A stretch of DNA of 63,777 bases, filler included, from Atractiella rhizophila (taxonomy: Eukaryota): NCBI GenBank assembly GCA_021432655.1. It is 7 parts of 7 records of this genome, joined end to end, with 100 filler letters (N's around TTAATTAATTAA, not from the genome) between each part and the next. Parts side by side here need not be neighbours in the genome. Positions count along the whole stretch, not along the records: positions 20,901 to 26,934 come from MU272036.1; positions 27,035 to 38,408 come from MU272038.1; positions 38,509 to 45,549 come from MU272039.1; 4 more parts are not named here. The stretch is one strand, 5' to 3'. The translations under genes were made by a program, and so were the position numbers. How positions within the stretch are numbered: the first letter of the stretch is position 1; the number at the start of each line of letters is the position of its first letter. This document shows positions 25,812 to 38,989 of this stretch, piece after piece. The notes beneath the pieces are model-generated. The model was not told the origin of the DNA. It saw only the letters and a list, made by a program, of their open reading frames with translations, and searched no databases.

Positions 25812-26534
25812 ATGGCCACCGCCCCCATCCAACCAATCTCCCCATCCAATCGTCCTCCCATCGTCGGCTCCTCTTCCGGACCCACACCTCCCTATCCCAT
25901 CTTCCTCGAGGGAGAAGTGAAATCAGGTTTTGGACGGGGATCGAAGGAGCTCGGTTGTCCAACCGGTAAGTTATTGGCGTACTCATCCCTGTTGTAGATC
26001 TTGATGAAATGCTTGATGATCGAAAAGCGAACCTTCCTGATGAGAGTTTCGAGAAGTATCAGGGGACGATGGACAATGGTGTATTCTGTGGCTTCGCTAA
26101 GGTTTTTGGGACTGGATCAGGAGAGGATACGGTACATGAGATGGTTATGTCTGTTGGATGGAATCCTTACTACAAGAACGAGAAGAAGACGGCGGTATGT
26201 CTTACTTTGTTGCTTTCCTTCATCGAAAAATAGATTTACTGAACGAGTTATGACAGGAAGTGCACATAATGCATGATTTTGGACACGATTTCTATGGCAA
26301 GATTATGAAGGTCATCGTGCTAGCTTACATTCGACCCCAATTCGATTACGTCTCCAAAGGTTCACCTTCCTTATATTTCTGATTGGTTCCCATATCTGAT
26401 GTCAGTGTACTGTAGAGGCACTTATCGAAGATATAGAGGTCGACAAGCAAGTAGCAACAAGGACGTTGGAGCAGGACGCGTGGAAGGAATTTGCGAAAGA
26501 TAAATTCTTCGAGTCAGCGAGCGCTGCAGCTTAG
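25812..26534 (+). CDS. FMN1: Riboflavin kinase
   Basis: [62 protein letters not shown]; 4 exons; divergent from the GH28 gene with about 200 bp between ATGs. Confidence 0.95.
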
Positions 26535-26824
26535 ACAGAAAAATCGTAAATGGCATGCACTAGAGTGTAATAGGTTTCCAACTCAAGCAAAAAATGGATG
26601 TTATTGTTTTCTTCGCAATTTGATGTGCTGAGTAAGGCTAATTAGGTTCGATGTCCGCTAAGAATACTGTAGCAGGTATGATTCAAGCTCTCAAGGGGTC
26701 CAGGTAAAGAGGAGCATGATTTCAGGAATTAGGGGTTTCAGTGTACGAATGCATATCTCTACTATTTCACAATCTCAACCTATGCGTCGCGTCACCTCAC
26801 GAGAGAAGACGCACCCATTCACAC

Positions 26825-26934
26825 TCAAACCTTCACGTCATCCGCCTGCGTCGGTCTCTCCTTCTCCTTCTCCACCTCCACCTCACCCTCCAACACCGGT
26901 TTAACAACGCCAGCCTTCTGAAGTGCCTCCTTCA
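26825..26934 (-). CDS. 3' tip of an unidentified gene cut by contig end
   Basis: KEALQKAGVVKPVLEGEVEVEKEKERPTQADDVKV* on the minus strand. Confidence 0.35.
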
Positions 26935-27034
26935 NNNNNNNNNNNNNNNNNNNNNNNNNNNNNNNNNNNNNNNNNNNNTTAATTAATTAANNNNNNNNNN
27001 NNNNNNNNNNNNNNNNNNNNNNNNNNNNNNNNNN
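26935..27034. other. Artificial contig spacer
   Basis: TTAATTAATTAA at 26979-26990 within N. Confidence 0.97.
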
Positions 27035-28068
27035 GTAAAGGACACCGTCACGCGCGAAGATGGTGAGAAGGCGGGTGCGAGGTGTTTTGCGCCAGTGAGA
27101 AATGAGCGGTCTTATGTTGGCTCAGCAATCACTTCGAGGGAGGCTACAGGCAGGTGACGAACACGATAATAAATATCGTAGCTGCCGTGTCGTAGAGGAG
27201 AGGCGGTATGCTGTATTTCCCATCATCCACCTGATTCAAGTTTCGGCGAGACACCAACTTATACACCCAAAGGTAACTTTGCAAAACATCAGCTTTGGTC
27301 ATATCGGTTGGACAGTGGGAACGAATCACCTTTGATCTCCTCTGACTGAGAAGCACCCTCGCAAGCCGGGAAGCCTAATCAACTTTGTCAAGGAACTTTT
27401 CCTGGGCATCGGAAACGTACAGACGCAATGCCCTATTCGGAACAACCGCCACGATCTGAACTACAACGCCACATATCGCAAATATTCCAAAGAACCAAGC
27501 GATCCACCGCCGTCGGTTCCACATTGCAAATACTCTTGCGCCGAGCAGGAACTGGCAGCTCACTGCAGCCGATGTATCATGTGAGCCAGTTTCAGCATCA
27601 AGTGGTAGACGGGATACGCACGAAGGACAAAGCTGCTAACAACAGGTTGCAGAAGGTGGACTTTGCCACACGTTTTCAGGTCGATTTTCAGCCAGTAGAA
27701 ACACATGAATGCGACAAGGTCCAGCAGGCCACCGTAACTACATTCTGACTTCAGCCGTCGACATGTAGTGCAAATGAGAGGTGTACCGGTTGATGAAGAA
27801 GGCGACTCGGACTGGCGTCCAGCGCTCCGCCTTCCACATCATCTTGTACTCGTCTGGGAAATTGAGAATGAAATCCCAGCAGTAAAGAGCAAACAAAGCT
27901 GCTCGCCATTTCAATAAAGGAACACATGCGGGAGCTAGAAGAATGCGAACCAGTTAGATAGGTACGACTAGCTGAGAGAACCTCCTCTAGAGCTGCTCGT
28001 TGGACGGCGAGATGGAGCTGTTCTTCCACAGTAGGACTTGGGCCAACTGAAGTATCAGAGGATGACAT
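27035..28068 (-). CDS. DUF6533-type 7TM membrane protein, copy A (3' truncated at contig end)
   Basis: MSSSDTS...ALEEVLSASRTYLT/ALFALYCWDFILNFPDEYKMMWKAERWTPVRVAFFINR/.../CQFLLGARVFAMWNRRRWIAWFF/.../LLYDTAAT/...RLLTIFARDGVLY. Confidence 0.85.
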
Positions 28069-30683
28069 CGTCCTGCTTATGTGGGACGAATTCCTCTCAC
28101 GGTTGGCGGTTGCGAGGAGGAGGCAAAGGCATTCCTTTATACAGCTACGTTGAATGTTTTGAATGTGCGGCCGATCTGGAAGTCCTCCCGAATTCCTGCT
28201 GTGAAAGGCACCGAATCGCCATTTCGCGACATAGGGGAAACGTAATTCAGCGAACCAAATCTTTCTCAACCGTGGATTCAGGTAAGCAAGCAGGTCTTCG
28301 GTTTGAGTGTCTACAGTAACCAAAGCATCCAATCTCAGCTTTTCGCAATAATTTTAATGCAAATGTATCCGAGATTGAAGTAATCAGCCTTCAAAGTGGT
28401 AGGCATTTTCACTGAGAAGTGCTGCACCGAGCAGCTATGCCCGGTTGGCGTGAGCACGTCGCCATACGTCATATCTTCCACACGGCGACACTGTTTAAAA
28501 TATTCATAGCATGATCAGCGAATCTGCATCAAGCCAAGTAAGCCATGTCACAGGTTGCTCCGTCATCCGTCTTTGTTGATCATCTTCCTTGAATCTGAGC
28601 ACACTTTTGTCATTTCTCCTTCAATTCAGTCCACCACCCTTGAATACATTCTAAGAACTGGCTGTTGATAAGACGAATGAGAGAAAGAACACTACGACAT
28701 GTGCCGATCCCCAAGAGTTGAGGCTTTCCCGTCGTGGGGGACTAAGGCATCACCAGTTGCCGAAACCTTGTGTAAATTGACATTGATGCTGCAATTATGA
28801 AGGCCGTGGGCCGTTAGTTGCAACCCGGACAGACGCTTGGTTCTAGAAAAGAAGAGGACACCAGGGTTGTTGAGCTTTTAGAAGAGATTGGCCTCTCTGA
28901 CTTCTTTCTAAAAGTATAACGCAAAAGCCTGAGGAAGCTGTCCTATCGAAGAAAGGGTTGATTGAAAGACGCCAGATTAGAGGCGAACGCTCTCAGGCTG
29001 AACGAATTAAATTCTGACAGCTTGATAGACGGTAGATGAATGGTTCGAAATTTTACAATAACGACTAGCAGTGGGAAGAGGAATAGGCAGAGGTGTGGAT
29101 GGACCCTTTGAACGACTAACGACGAAGGAATTAGAACTGCTCACATTTATAAACACAAATAGTTGGCCACGAAGTTATTAGCTGCTCATGATCAGCTATA
29201 GCGCCATGCCTCATGAGGTCGGCGCGCCCCTAAAGCTTGGATAAAGCCCCTCAAGAGATCGCTCATCCCGAACAACATCATCATTCAGAAGGAACTAGTC
29301 AAGAGTGTATCATCCCCTCAACAGGTCCTCATGACCAATTCTTTCCCGCATCTGAGTCTGTCCAGCCGATTGCAGCCATCACTATCCCTCTTAGACCAAG
29401 AGAACAGTTGCACAATTGCGGCGCAGTGTAAGGCAATCTATTGCCGTGCAGGAGAACTACGACGTTTTGTTGGCAAGGGAGCTGCGGTTGGAGTTTGTTT
29501 GACTTTCCCTGATGCTTGCTGGGATGGGGCACTTCAAGAGGTGCAGTGGGGATTTCTGTGTCTAGTTGTTGGTTACGCAGGGTGAATTCTCCATCTGAGA
29601 TTCCAAGCAATCAAGGTCCAAGCTGCGTCCCTGTATTCGCCTTTATTAGCAACATTGGGACAACCATTTTCCTTACCTTGTCACTGTCAACCTCTCAAGC
29701 TGGGTCACAATTCAGTTCAGGTACTTTTTGTAGCAGCGGCATGACACGCTCTTGTTGCAAGTGTGCGGGTTTTATGCTCTAGAGACATATTGTTACGATA
29801 CGATGAACACAATCCAATCAATTAACTTTACTGGCGGCAGGGCGGTTGGGGACGGTGCGCGGCGTTCAATCAGCTGGTCACCCATGCTGAGGAGCGCATC
29901 TGCGACGTCCATAACGCTATGCTTCTGATAAATCAAAGCTATTGCAAGATGGCACTTATCTCGTGTTCTAAGATTGACGGGACATCTTGCTTCAATACTA
30001 CTGCCAGATTCTCGATGATCTCACAGTCGCCAGAGTATACGTTGATAACCAGAGGGGAGTGAATGTGGAACCCCACAATGGAAGACCCATTGCTAAACAT
30101 TCCGCACGACTCTGGTGCAAGGGAAGCTTTTGGACGGAGGCTCCGCCTTCTTTGGTTGCCCTTATAATCGTGGAGCCAATCGTTCCCTATCGAAGGAGCT
30201 TGACGGCGAGGAAATGTAGTGCTGATGTTCCGCATGTGCGACTCAGCCTCCCTTGCGCGATTTGCCGAACCCGCTCACCAGCTCGCCCCTGCGACCTCCC
30301 GCGGATCCTTGCCTCCAGTATCACCTCCCGGAGCGCGGCTTTCAGATGCTGAGCAACTATACGACGCGCGGTCGCGGAGCGACGTTGCGTTGCTCGTCAT
30401 GGTCTCGATCGTTGTCTGGACTGCACAGTGCAGCGGATGCCCAATGCAATTAGTTTCACGACATCTCTACTTATACGAATATGATGAATATCGAAGCTCA
30501 GTGCGTGGGAGAATCACAAATGTAAATAGACAGCTGGAGCACAAAAGCTGCAACGCTTACACACAAATTGACTTTGTCTATGGGTTCTTTGCGACAACCT
30601 GAACACTGTAATCTGACTGAGAGTACTCATCAGGTGGAGGCTCGAGCCTGTCTTTCCATGAGAACCTTCTATCGCGAGTGAGA

Positions 30684-32182
30684 TCAATGAACGGACCCCT
30701 TTTCCTTATCCTTTTGCAGATTTGTCATTGTTTCAACCTTGATGACCGCGCCAGCATAACTAACTGGCAAGTCTCCTTCTATCCGTCTCTCCCAGCTCTG
30801 GAGACGCACTTCCACCTCTCCTCGGGGATCTGGTCGATGGCTCCCTAACTTTGGAATCACATCAGTTCGTCGGCCAGAACCGCTGCCGTTTGTCGTGCCA
30901 GCACCTCGCGAGTTTTCGGCAGGGTTGACAGATCGGAGTTGGAGGACAATGCGGGAGGCCATCATTGGCGTGAATGTTAGGGGAAGCGGTGCGTTCAGGG
31001 CTGGGTTGAGCACCGTAGGGATACTATTCCATTTGGTCACATCAGTTAAGAAGACGGAGACGGGTTGAACTCGAAAGATAATCCTGAGAGCAGACAAACC
31101 TGAAGTACACCGCGTTAACTAGATTACAGATGAATACCACAATGAAATATATGGCTCCGTCGCGCGCAAAGATGGTGAGAAGACGCGTGCGAGGTGATTC
31201 GCGCCAATGGGAAATGAGCGGTCTGTGATTGTCATGAGGAACAAGGAAGATGGGAGTGCATGAGACGGACATGAGGACGAGGATGGTAGCTGTGGTATCG
31301 TAGAAGAGAGCCGGGATCCTGCCACTCTCATAATTAATCAGATCCAACTGTCAGTAAGAGCACAGACCAATAGACCCATATGTAATTGTAGCTTTGCCAG
31401 ACATTAGCGTTATTGCCATTCAATGGAGAAATAAACGAATCACTTCTGATGTCCTCTGTTAGAGATACATCCTCTCAAGCCGGGGAGTCTACTCAACATG
31501 TCAACTTTTTCTCCTGAAGATTGAACACATACAAAGTCAATGGCTTGTTCGGAGCCACCGCCCAGATTTGAATCACAACACCACAGATTGCAAATATTCC
31601 GAAGAACCAAGCAACCCATTTGCGCTTGTTCCACATCACCCATACTCTCGCACCGAGCAGGAACTCGCAGCTCACTGCAACCATATTCACCTCAGTCAGC
31701 TCCTCGAGAATTGAATTGAAGGAGGGTTGTGCACAGAAGAGAATGCTGCCAGCGACAGGCTCGAGGATATGGACCTTGTCACATGTTTTCGGGTCGATTC
31801 TGAGCCAAAACAGACACATGAACATGATAATGTCCAAGAGTATCCCGTAACTTCATATTTTAATTTCAGGTCATCGCATATGAGGCGGATGAGAGGCGTA
31901 CCGATTGATGAAGAAGGCGACTCGGACTGGTGTCCAGCGCTCAGCGCGCCACATCGTCCTATACTCATCGGGGAAAGTAAGGATGAAATCCCAAGCGTAG
32001 ATCGCAAAGCAAGCTGCCCTCCAGTTTAAGAAAGTAGGCGTGAAGAACTGAGGAGACAGCAAACCAGTGAGATAGGTACGACTGGCAGAGAGAACTTCCT
32101 CCAAAGCTTCGCGTTGCAGAGCAAGAGCGAGCTGATCTTCCAAAGTGGCATTTGGGCTGGCTGAAGCGTCAGAGGAGGACAT
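30684..32182 (-). CDS. DUF6533-type 7TM membrane protein, copy B
   Basis: WDFILTFPDEYRTMWRAERWTPVRVAFFINRY, CEFLLGARVWVMWN, PGLRGCIS, FYDTTAT, FARDGAIYF, MMASRIVLQLR; intron positions shared with other copies. Confidence 0.88.
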
Positions 32183-34023
32183 CCTCCTTTATTGGGAAAA
32201 CTACTTTCAAAATTGTAATTCGAGGAAGGGGGCTTCCTTTATAGATCTTAATGAATTTAAGAGACCCTCTAGCTGTGAAAGATACCAAGCCGCTTAATTT
32301 AACACGGCCATAAATATGATTGAAGAAGTTGAGGGGACCCATTCATTGATGGATGGAATGGTCAGTCGCTGTAACGTGACAGTATTTGCTCTGAGATCTC
32401 TCTTGACACATTCAGCCAAAGGCTCTCGTCTCCGAAACGTTTCCCCTTTGCGAAACATCCGTGCATCTGCCGATTCGGAGAACAAGGTTTGACTATTCCG
32501 ATCATTGAGTTTCGTGAAGCGCTGAAGCTGAAGTGGAAGCTAATAGCACCACCAATACAAACTTGCGTGCAGAACGTGGTTGGCCGCCCGAATCTGTCCC
32601 CTCATCTTAGTCATCTATTATACAGTAACTCAAAGACAAAATTGGTCATTGTTCCACATTCCGTCGAATGCCCACTTAAAAGCCTGCAGTAGAAGCAACA
32701 TGGCAAATCATCGGGTTGTCACACAGTACGACCTGGGAACTGGAGCAATTTTATAATAATGGAAGGTATCAACGCAGCTCAAGGCTGCGTGACGACAGTA
32801 CCAAAACCGAGGTTGGAGAGGTACGGTAATGAGAGGAAGGGTTTAACATGAGGGAGAGGACGAGACGGACTCAAGCCTGTAGAGTTAGTCAAGAAACCTT
32901 CCGTAGAAAGGGACGACTGGTGTCTTGCTTTGCCTCAGCCACTGCCCTGATCCATGCCCGCCATGCTCTCACCTACTCTCTCATCTTTTTATGTATTTTC
33001 ATAATCACAGAATCAGAGCCCGCCACAAGGCAGGCTTTTCTGTGCAGACTGTGCTGCAAACAACAGCAGGACGTGTTGTGACGCGGGGGGTTGTGGAGAG
33101 AGTTATTGGCAGAGTAGTTGCTTTGGGAGAGGCAGGAAAGATGTGCTTGTTGGGTAGAGGAAGCGAAGGACGAAGGGAGCGGCACGAATGGAGAGGGGAG
33201 TCAGAGAAACAGAAGAGTCTGAGTGGAAGGTCTGTCTCTAATTTGATTCGTAACTGGCCAGTCAGTTGTGCAAGATTGTGTACGTCTGATTTTTGCCCGC
33301 GCTTGTTTCGTGCGTTCCTGTTGAAGAACGACTTCTGGTATCTCTGGACCACTGTTGTCAGAGATATGAAAGTGTCTTTGCGGGATACTTACTCTCACGA
33401 AGGCACCGCTTGAGAATTGATGACCTTGGAGGGTAGGGAATTGCACGGGAGTTGGAAAAACTTGTTGATGTTCATTGAATCATTAATGTTTGATATGCTA
33501 CCCGCTCACATGCGCCTTCACCCTGTTCCATTCTCAGCGGCAAGAGACAGCAGGCATTTCGCACGCTCCCGTAACTACAACGATGGATTGTCCAATTTGA
33601 ATTCAACAGGACTGACATTGCTGCGCAGCAACAGAATTGCTTGTTTGTCTCTGCACTTTGCTGCAGCTTACGAGTTGCAGGACGGAGTTGTAGGGACCCA
33701 TACTCTTCCAGGTTTCTCAGTTTGCATGATCTCTTCCTTAACTCGCCCTGCAAACAACATTTACAGTAAGCAATTAACCATGCCATTTATGTCGGAACAT
33801 CAGATGGTGGAGAGCGAGCGCGTTAACTTGGGTCCTTTCGTCACGGCAAAAATATTGGCAATTGGTTGCGAGTATCCATCAAAAGCTGGGCCAGTAGCAT
33901 GTTAAAGAGCTGTTCAGCACACACTTTGAACACTCTGTGCCCCTTCTCCGCGAAGCAACAGGCCTCTTCGAGGGAGGCACAGTCGAATATCGTACACGGA
34001 TAGGAAGAATCACAGCGTCATAA

Positions 34024-36209
34024 ATGCTTCCACAAGCACCTTGTGTACGCTGTACACGCCTGCAAATCATCTGTGTAAACGCCGAAAATAACATCTCTCA
34101 CATCCCATGTCAGGGATGTAAAGATGCTGGAGCTACGTACGTGAGCCGCAGTGAGAGCAGAGGTAGATTGACGAATGGGTAGTTGCGAGATATCCTTGAC
34201 TCCGAAGAGAAGGTTGCGGGCCACTTCTAAGAAAAAGTCCGAATCAACACTCCTTGGTAAACGAAAGAAACGAAAACCCTTCGATACACTCAGTACTCCG
34301 ACGATACAGCCGACTTCGATAGATGCCAGGCTGGGAGAGGTCCAGCGAGCTTTCTCGCTTGGCCAGCATTTGTTGAGCCGCAAGTCGCGTACCCCCAAGA
34401 CTGGACAGTAAACTAACGGTGCGAAATATCCAGTGACGCAGGAGATGAGGTTCTTCATCCCCGGTCCATGGAACACATTGTCCTGGATGGATTACTGGCA
34501 GATGAAGCTCGATGATGCAACAATATCTCCCTTGATGGAGTTGTGGTTCAAATATATGATTGCATGTGGAGCTTCGCAGTCCCCTCATTCCGTGAGTCGT
34601 CCGCTATGGATGTTGCCCTTTTGACAGATCATGGACAGGATATTCTGGCAACCGAAGGTGCTCCATTCATACCGCACAGATCTTTCAACGACCGTCTCCT
34701 AGATCTACGCGTCTACGGTCAGAGACGACAGGAGGCGCAAGGGATGCTCGTCCGAGCTTGGGTGGATTTTGCCTTGTCAAATGCATCTCCTCTAGGGAAG
34801 AAGTCGAAGCAGTCGCTCATCGTATCCACCACCCTCGCCGGCAGCGTAAAAATTCCATTTGTAACTGCGGCGCAAGCACGATCCCTTCTTCGTCTCGCTG
34901 TGGAGAACCTTGATGCCCTGTGGGAGGAAGCGGATGATCCGAAGTACAGGAAGCAGCTTGCTCAAACTTTTGAGGGCCTTTTTACAACAGATATCGAATA
35001 TAGCTTAGATTTTGGCGGCCCAGTCAGCATTGATAACCATAAATTTGCAAAGTTTATGAAGCATTGCGGTTATCCTGTGCAGGTACTCATCGATCCTTTT
35101 TTCTTCAACCAGAAATCGCTTCCAAACGACAGCGACACCTATCGAGAAGTCATATGGGCACATCAGACCAGTCTTTTTAGACATCTATTTTCTATCCGTC
35201 TGTCTGTCCTCACATCTTAGTAGAATTTCTGAATATTTTGCAGGAGAAACGCTAGAGTCGCTCCCAAACGAAGAAGAAGTTGAGCAACTGTGTTCCACAA
35301 CCTGCAAGCTCATCCTGGATTTTTCGACATTTTACGACAAGCATTTCTTGCCTATAACGACGCCCAATTATACCCAAGACGATTGCGCCTTCTACACGGG
35401 TCCATTTGGCGAAGTACCACGATGGCTTTCCAGGTCGATGTTTAAAAATCAATCCCGCCTAACGTTCTGCTTATTCAACCTGATCCGGGCAATGAACCAA
35501 ACGTTCCCTTCGAACGAGAATCTGGCACAACTGAAGGTAACTGTTGAGCGAGAATGCCAACACTTCATTTCAGCCGGTTTAAAATGGGTTCACCACGCTT
35601 TCCGCTATCACAAAATTCGCAACCCGCAAGTGCTACATGATGGCGAACTGGTGGATGACGTTATCGTCATTTTAAACTTCAGAAACCTGCCCGGAGGATA
35701 TCGATATTTCGCGCGTTGGTGTCGACATAACGCAAACTTGGTGGATGAAGGAGATTTGATGCTGTACCTGCTATTCCTTAGCGTCTTGTTAGTGGCTGAC
35801 CACCATGGGAACAGAATCTTAAGCTTATGGAAACATATGAGCTGGCAAAGCAAGACCTTAAGTGAAGGTATTTCCCAGTTCGAGCTTGAATTGTACTCTA
35901 AGGTGAGGCTGTTTCTAATCATGAAGGTTATTTTCTGACCCAAGAGATTCAGCGAGATTCAACTGTAACCTTTCAAACTTGGCTGCTAGTTGATATAAAG
36001 CTAACATTTGTTTACAGAGTCGCGCCAAACACCACATTGACGTAAGTCCTAGAGTACCACGAGGGCTTTTGGGTTTCGAGCACACCTATTCGGACCTGGT
36101 CTATTCTGAAGTCGCTGGTCAAGCTGAGTTTTCAAAAGAGAACACCAGCGAGGATGAGGGCTCATCACTACAAGATTTTGATCGGACTCTGAGCAAAGTG
36201 CTTTCATGA
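34024..36209 (+). CDS. Zn(II)2Cys6 binuclear-cluster transcription factor
   Basis: MLPQAP-CVRC-TRLQII-C-VNAENNISHIP-CQGC-KDAGAT/C matches C-x2-C-x6-C-x11-C-x2-C-x6-C across an intron, followed by a basic NLS-like KRKKRK; long downstream exons at about 34640-35170 and 35240-35900; last-exon boundary tentative. Confidence 0.78.
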
Positions 36210-36809
36210 GCGATGAGAAGCATAGGTAGTCAGAAAGGTCCGGCCAGTTTCAAGCCAAATTGCCGAAGCAGAACTTTGAAGACGTCCCACGGGACGGTCG
36301 TCTATGCTATGAACACGGACTCTGCTCAAAACTGCAGAATAATGCGTAGTGTTGTTGTTATATTAACGTCGCGTTGAGGTGATTCATATGGAAGAAGCAC
36401 ACTCCTCTTCATTTTCAATTTCCTGCGAAATTTTGCCTTCAACTTGAAGCTGTTCTGGAAGGTTGACATTGTCACCGGATGCTTGATGAGTAGGTTGATT
36501 GAAGTGACCGTGGACGCAAAATATGGACTCAGCTAATACTTTTAATCGATTCAAAATGTGAAACAACCATTCGTATCATATTTCTGAAATGAATTATCGA
36601 TGTGCAGAAAAAATTGGTCAGGTGTGATATCCTGCGCTTTCCAATCTTGTTCCACAGTTCAGCCCAGTTCGTCCCGGTTTTCACCCCACGACTCGGGCCG
36701 TCCCGACACACGGCTTCGATTTTGAAATCGCTGGAGAAGGAATGATAAAAAACGATCACGAAACAGTATAGCCTCGTCTCCAAAGTCCCAAAATTTAGTA
36801 GACTCCAAG

Positions 36810-38331
36810 ATGTCACGCTCTCTTCGACCTGGCGTTTTCTCTCCTGTACTGACTTTCTTCAAGGAAGGAACTGAGGTGCGCTTCCCGCTTTTGATGAACG
36901 ACGGATGCTGATTTGATCGGATGGATTGGAGCAGGATCTGGACCTCGATGCGTTTAGGAAGCATATAACGCGCCTTGCGAAAGCTGGGATGGGGATCTGT
37001 GTGCAGGGAACGAATGGAGAGGGTGCGCAGTTGCTTCTTCACTTGAAGCGGTTGCTGAGATACAATCGCAGCTATCCATCTGGAGCCCGAAGAAAGGGTC
37101 ACGCTCATCAAAACGGCGAGAGAAGTGCTTGATAGCTTGGGTCTGCATGATGTACGCTACTTCCCTCCTTTTTTAGTCAAGAGCTGATGAGAGACAGGCT
37201 CCTATTATCGCGGGTACAGGAGGTGGTTCGACTCGAGAAACAATTAAACTTTGCAAACAGGCGGCTGAAGTGAGTGCTCTCTTACTCTTGTTTAATTTCA
37301 AGAATCGACATGCTGACAGAATCTTGTGACAGGCTGGAGCAGATTGCTGTCTCGTCATTACGCCTGGATATTTTGGCGTCACCTTTAAGGACAAACGTAT
37401 GTTTGGTCTCTATATTAGCCGTTAGCATTGATGAACGATGTTGCAACACAGCGGAGGCTTTGAAAGCTTTCTTCTGGGACGTAGCCGACGCCTCTCCCAT
37501 CCCTGTAATGCTGTACAACTGTGAATTCTTCTTTGACATCCAGGCTTGCACTCACTCGGACATGTTTGCCAAGTCCCCAATGCGTCGTCAGGTATCGACC
37601 TGAATTCGGATGTCATCCTGTCTATTGCTGAACATCCAAACACATGCGGTGTGAAGCTGACATGCGCAGGAGGTGTGGATTCTTGATCCGTTTTAACCGA
37701 GTACTGATATCTCTGTGGAACAGTCGGGAAGCTCGTCCGTGTTGCGGGAAAGACTACGACGGCAGCTTGGAACGAGAGGTTTCCAAGGAAGAATCCAAAC
37801 TTCCCTTTCCTCGTCTTGGGCGGACGTGAGTCGTCCTGTCGCTTTCGCCATCTTGCAGACATGTCCTAATCTCACTTGGTGCAATGCAGAATCCGATTTC
37901 CTCCTCCCCGGAATGATTGGAAGGTCCTCGGGATGCATGTGAGTCTGCTACCTATGTTCTATCACCTTCGCCTTTCTTTCCTTTCATACAGTACTCATGT
38001 TTGACGAAACAGCACTGGTTTGGGCAACATTGCTCCGGCAACCATCGTCAAGCTCTTCCAAACTGGCGTCAAGGCAATCACGACTTGCTCACCGGCAGAC
38101 CTCAAAGCGGCACAGGAGCTCGAAGACGTCGTCGCTGCTGGCGATTGGGCATTCGCGAAGAATGGGTTGGCAGTCTCCAAATATGTCGTTGCAAAAAGGT
38201 TTGGATACGGAGGTGTACCCCGACGGCCGCTTCCTCAGGTTGCTGTCGAGGCTGGAGAGAAAGCGGATGAGGCCATGGGAGAGCTGTTGAGAATAGAAAG
38301 GGAGTTGACAAATGGGTTTGGGTTTCGTTAG
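36810..38331 (+). CDS. DapA/DHDPS-family class I aldolase (resembles fungal LGA1/GaaC-type 2-keto-3-deoxy-L-galactonate aldolase or HOGA)
   Basis: PGVFSPVLTFF, QGTNGE, PIIAGTGGGSTRETI, VADASPIPVMLYN/FP (Tyr), GIDLNSD, GVKLTCAG (Schiff-base Lys), TGLGNIAP. Confidence 0.88.
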
Positions 38332-38408
38332 AAGATTTCAAGGCACTGTAGAGGACCACAGAAATAATGTATCAATGGCTCCAAAGTCACCCTAAAGCCG
38401 GCCCAGGC

Positions 38409-38508
38409 NNNNNNNNNNNNNNNNNNNNNNNNNNNNNNNNNNNNNNNNNNNNTTAATTAATTAANNNNNNNNNNNNNNNNNNNNNNNNNNNNNNNNNNNN
38501 NNNNNNNN
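38409..38508. other. Artificial contig spacer
   Basis: TTAATTAATTAA at 38453-38464 within N. Confidence 0.97.
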
Positions 38509-38989
38509 CCACCAGTCATACCTCCCAAGCCTTGGAACGCATCTGCTGCGCTTCATTATGTCTTGCATACGAAAAATTTTCAATGGAACGAACCATAAGA
38601 ACCCATATTGTTCACAAAGCCACTTCCCTGTCCAAAACCGCCTCCCATAGTGTTCATCCCATTGGCTAACACTTCATTTAACTCCATCCGACCTGACAAA
38701 TGAGACAGGACGAACCATACAAATCGTATCCCCCTTGGCCATTTCCTTGATTTCCATTCGCACCTCTGCTGTTACCCGGTCCATAAGCGTTGAACCTGGG
38801 CTTCTTATCCATTCCAGTTCCTCCCGTATTTCCCTCGTATGCTCGCTTCATCAGGTCGAAATCTGCACCGGGACTGTTGGATTGAGTGTTGGAGGGTGAT
38901 GCGTCGAGCTGTGTCGGCGAAGCGCCAGCCGCAGCAGGGAGGCCAGTAGGGTAGGGATAGGGAGCGTAAGCGCGCGATTCGTCCATCAT
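38509..38989 (-). CDS. 5' part of a protein with G/N/Q-rich low-complexity N-terminus (possibly RNA-binding); truncated by contig end
   Basis: MMDESRAYAPYPYP...MDKKPRFNAYGPGNSRGANGNQGNGQGGYDL/.../DAFQGLGGMTG with GT-AG introns; no folded domain visible before the cut. Confidence 0.6.

Noticed and set aside
18473..26534. panB, sirtuin and riboflavin kinase as a cofactor cluster, or bacterial HGT of the near-intronless panB
   Set aside because: These are ordinary fungal housekeeping genes split by a contig join; the PanB has a eukaryote-style presequence and nothing visibly foreign.
28840..29790. TGA recoding (Trp or Sec) to explain interrupted frames
   Set aside because: TGA is the normal terminator of conserved genes here (ECM31, sirtuin, RPC25, Pol X); mutational decay is simpler.
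32800..34020. Several 70-160 aa ORFs upstream of the Zn2Cys6 gene
   Set aside because: No coherent splice path or recognisable motif; a stop directly precedes the ATG at 34024.
23561..38331. GH28 plus aldolase plus Zn2Cys6 factor as a pectin/galacturonate gene cluster
   Set aside because: The GH28 is separated from the other two by an artificial contig join and sits between housekeeping genes; linkage is unproven and other pathway genes are absent.
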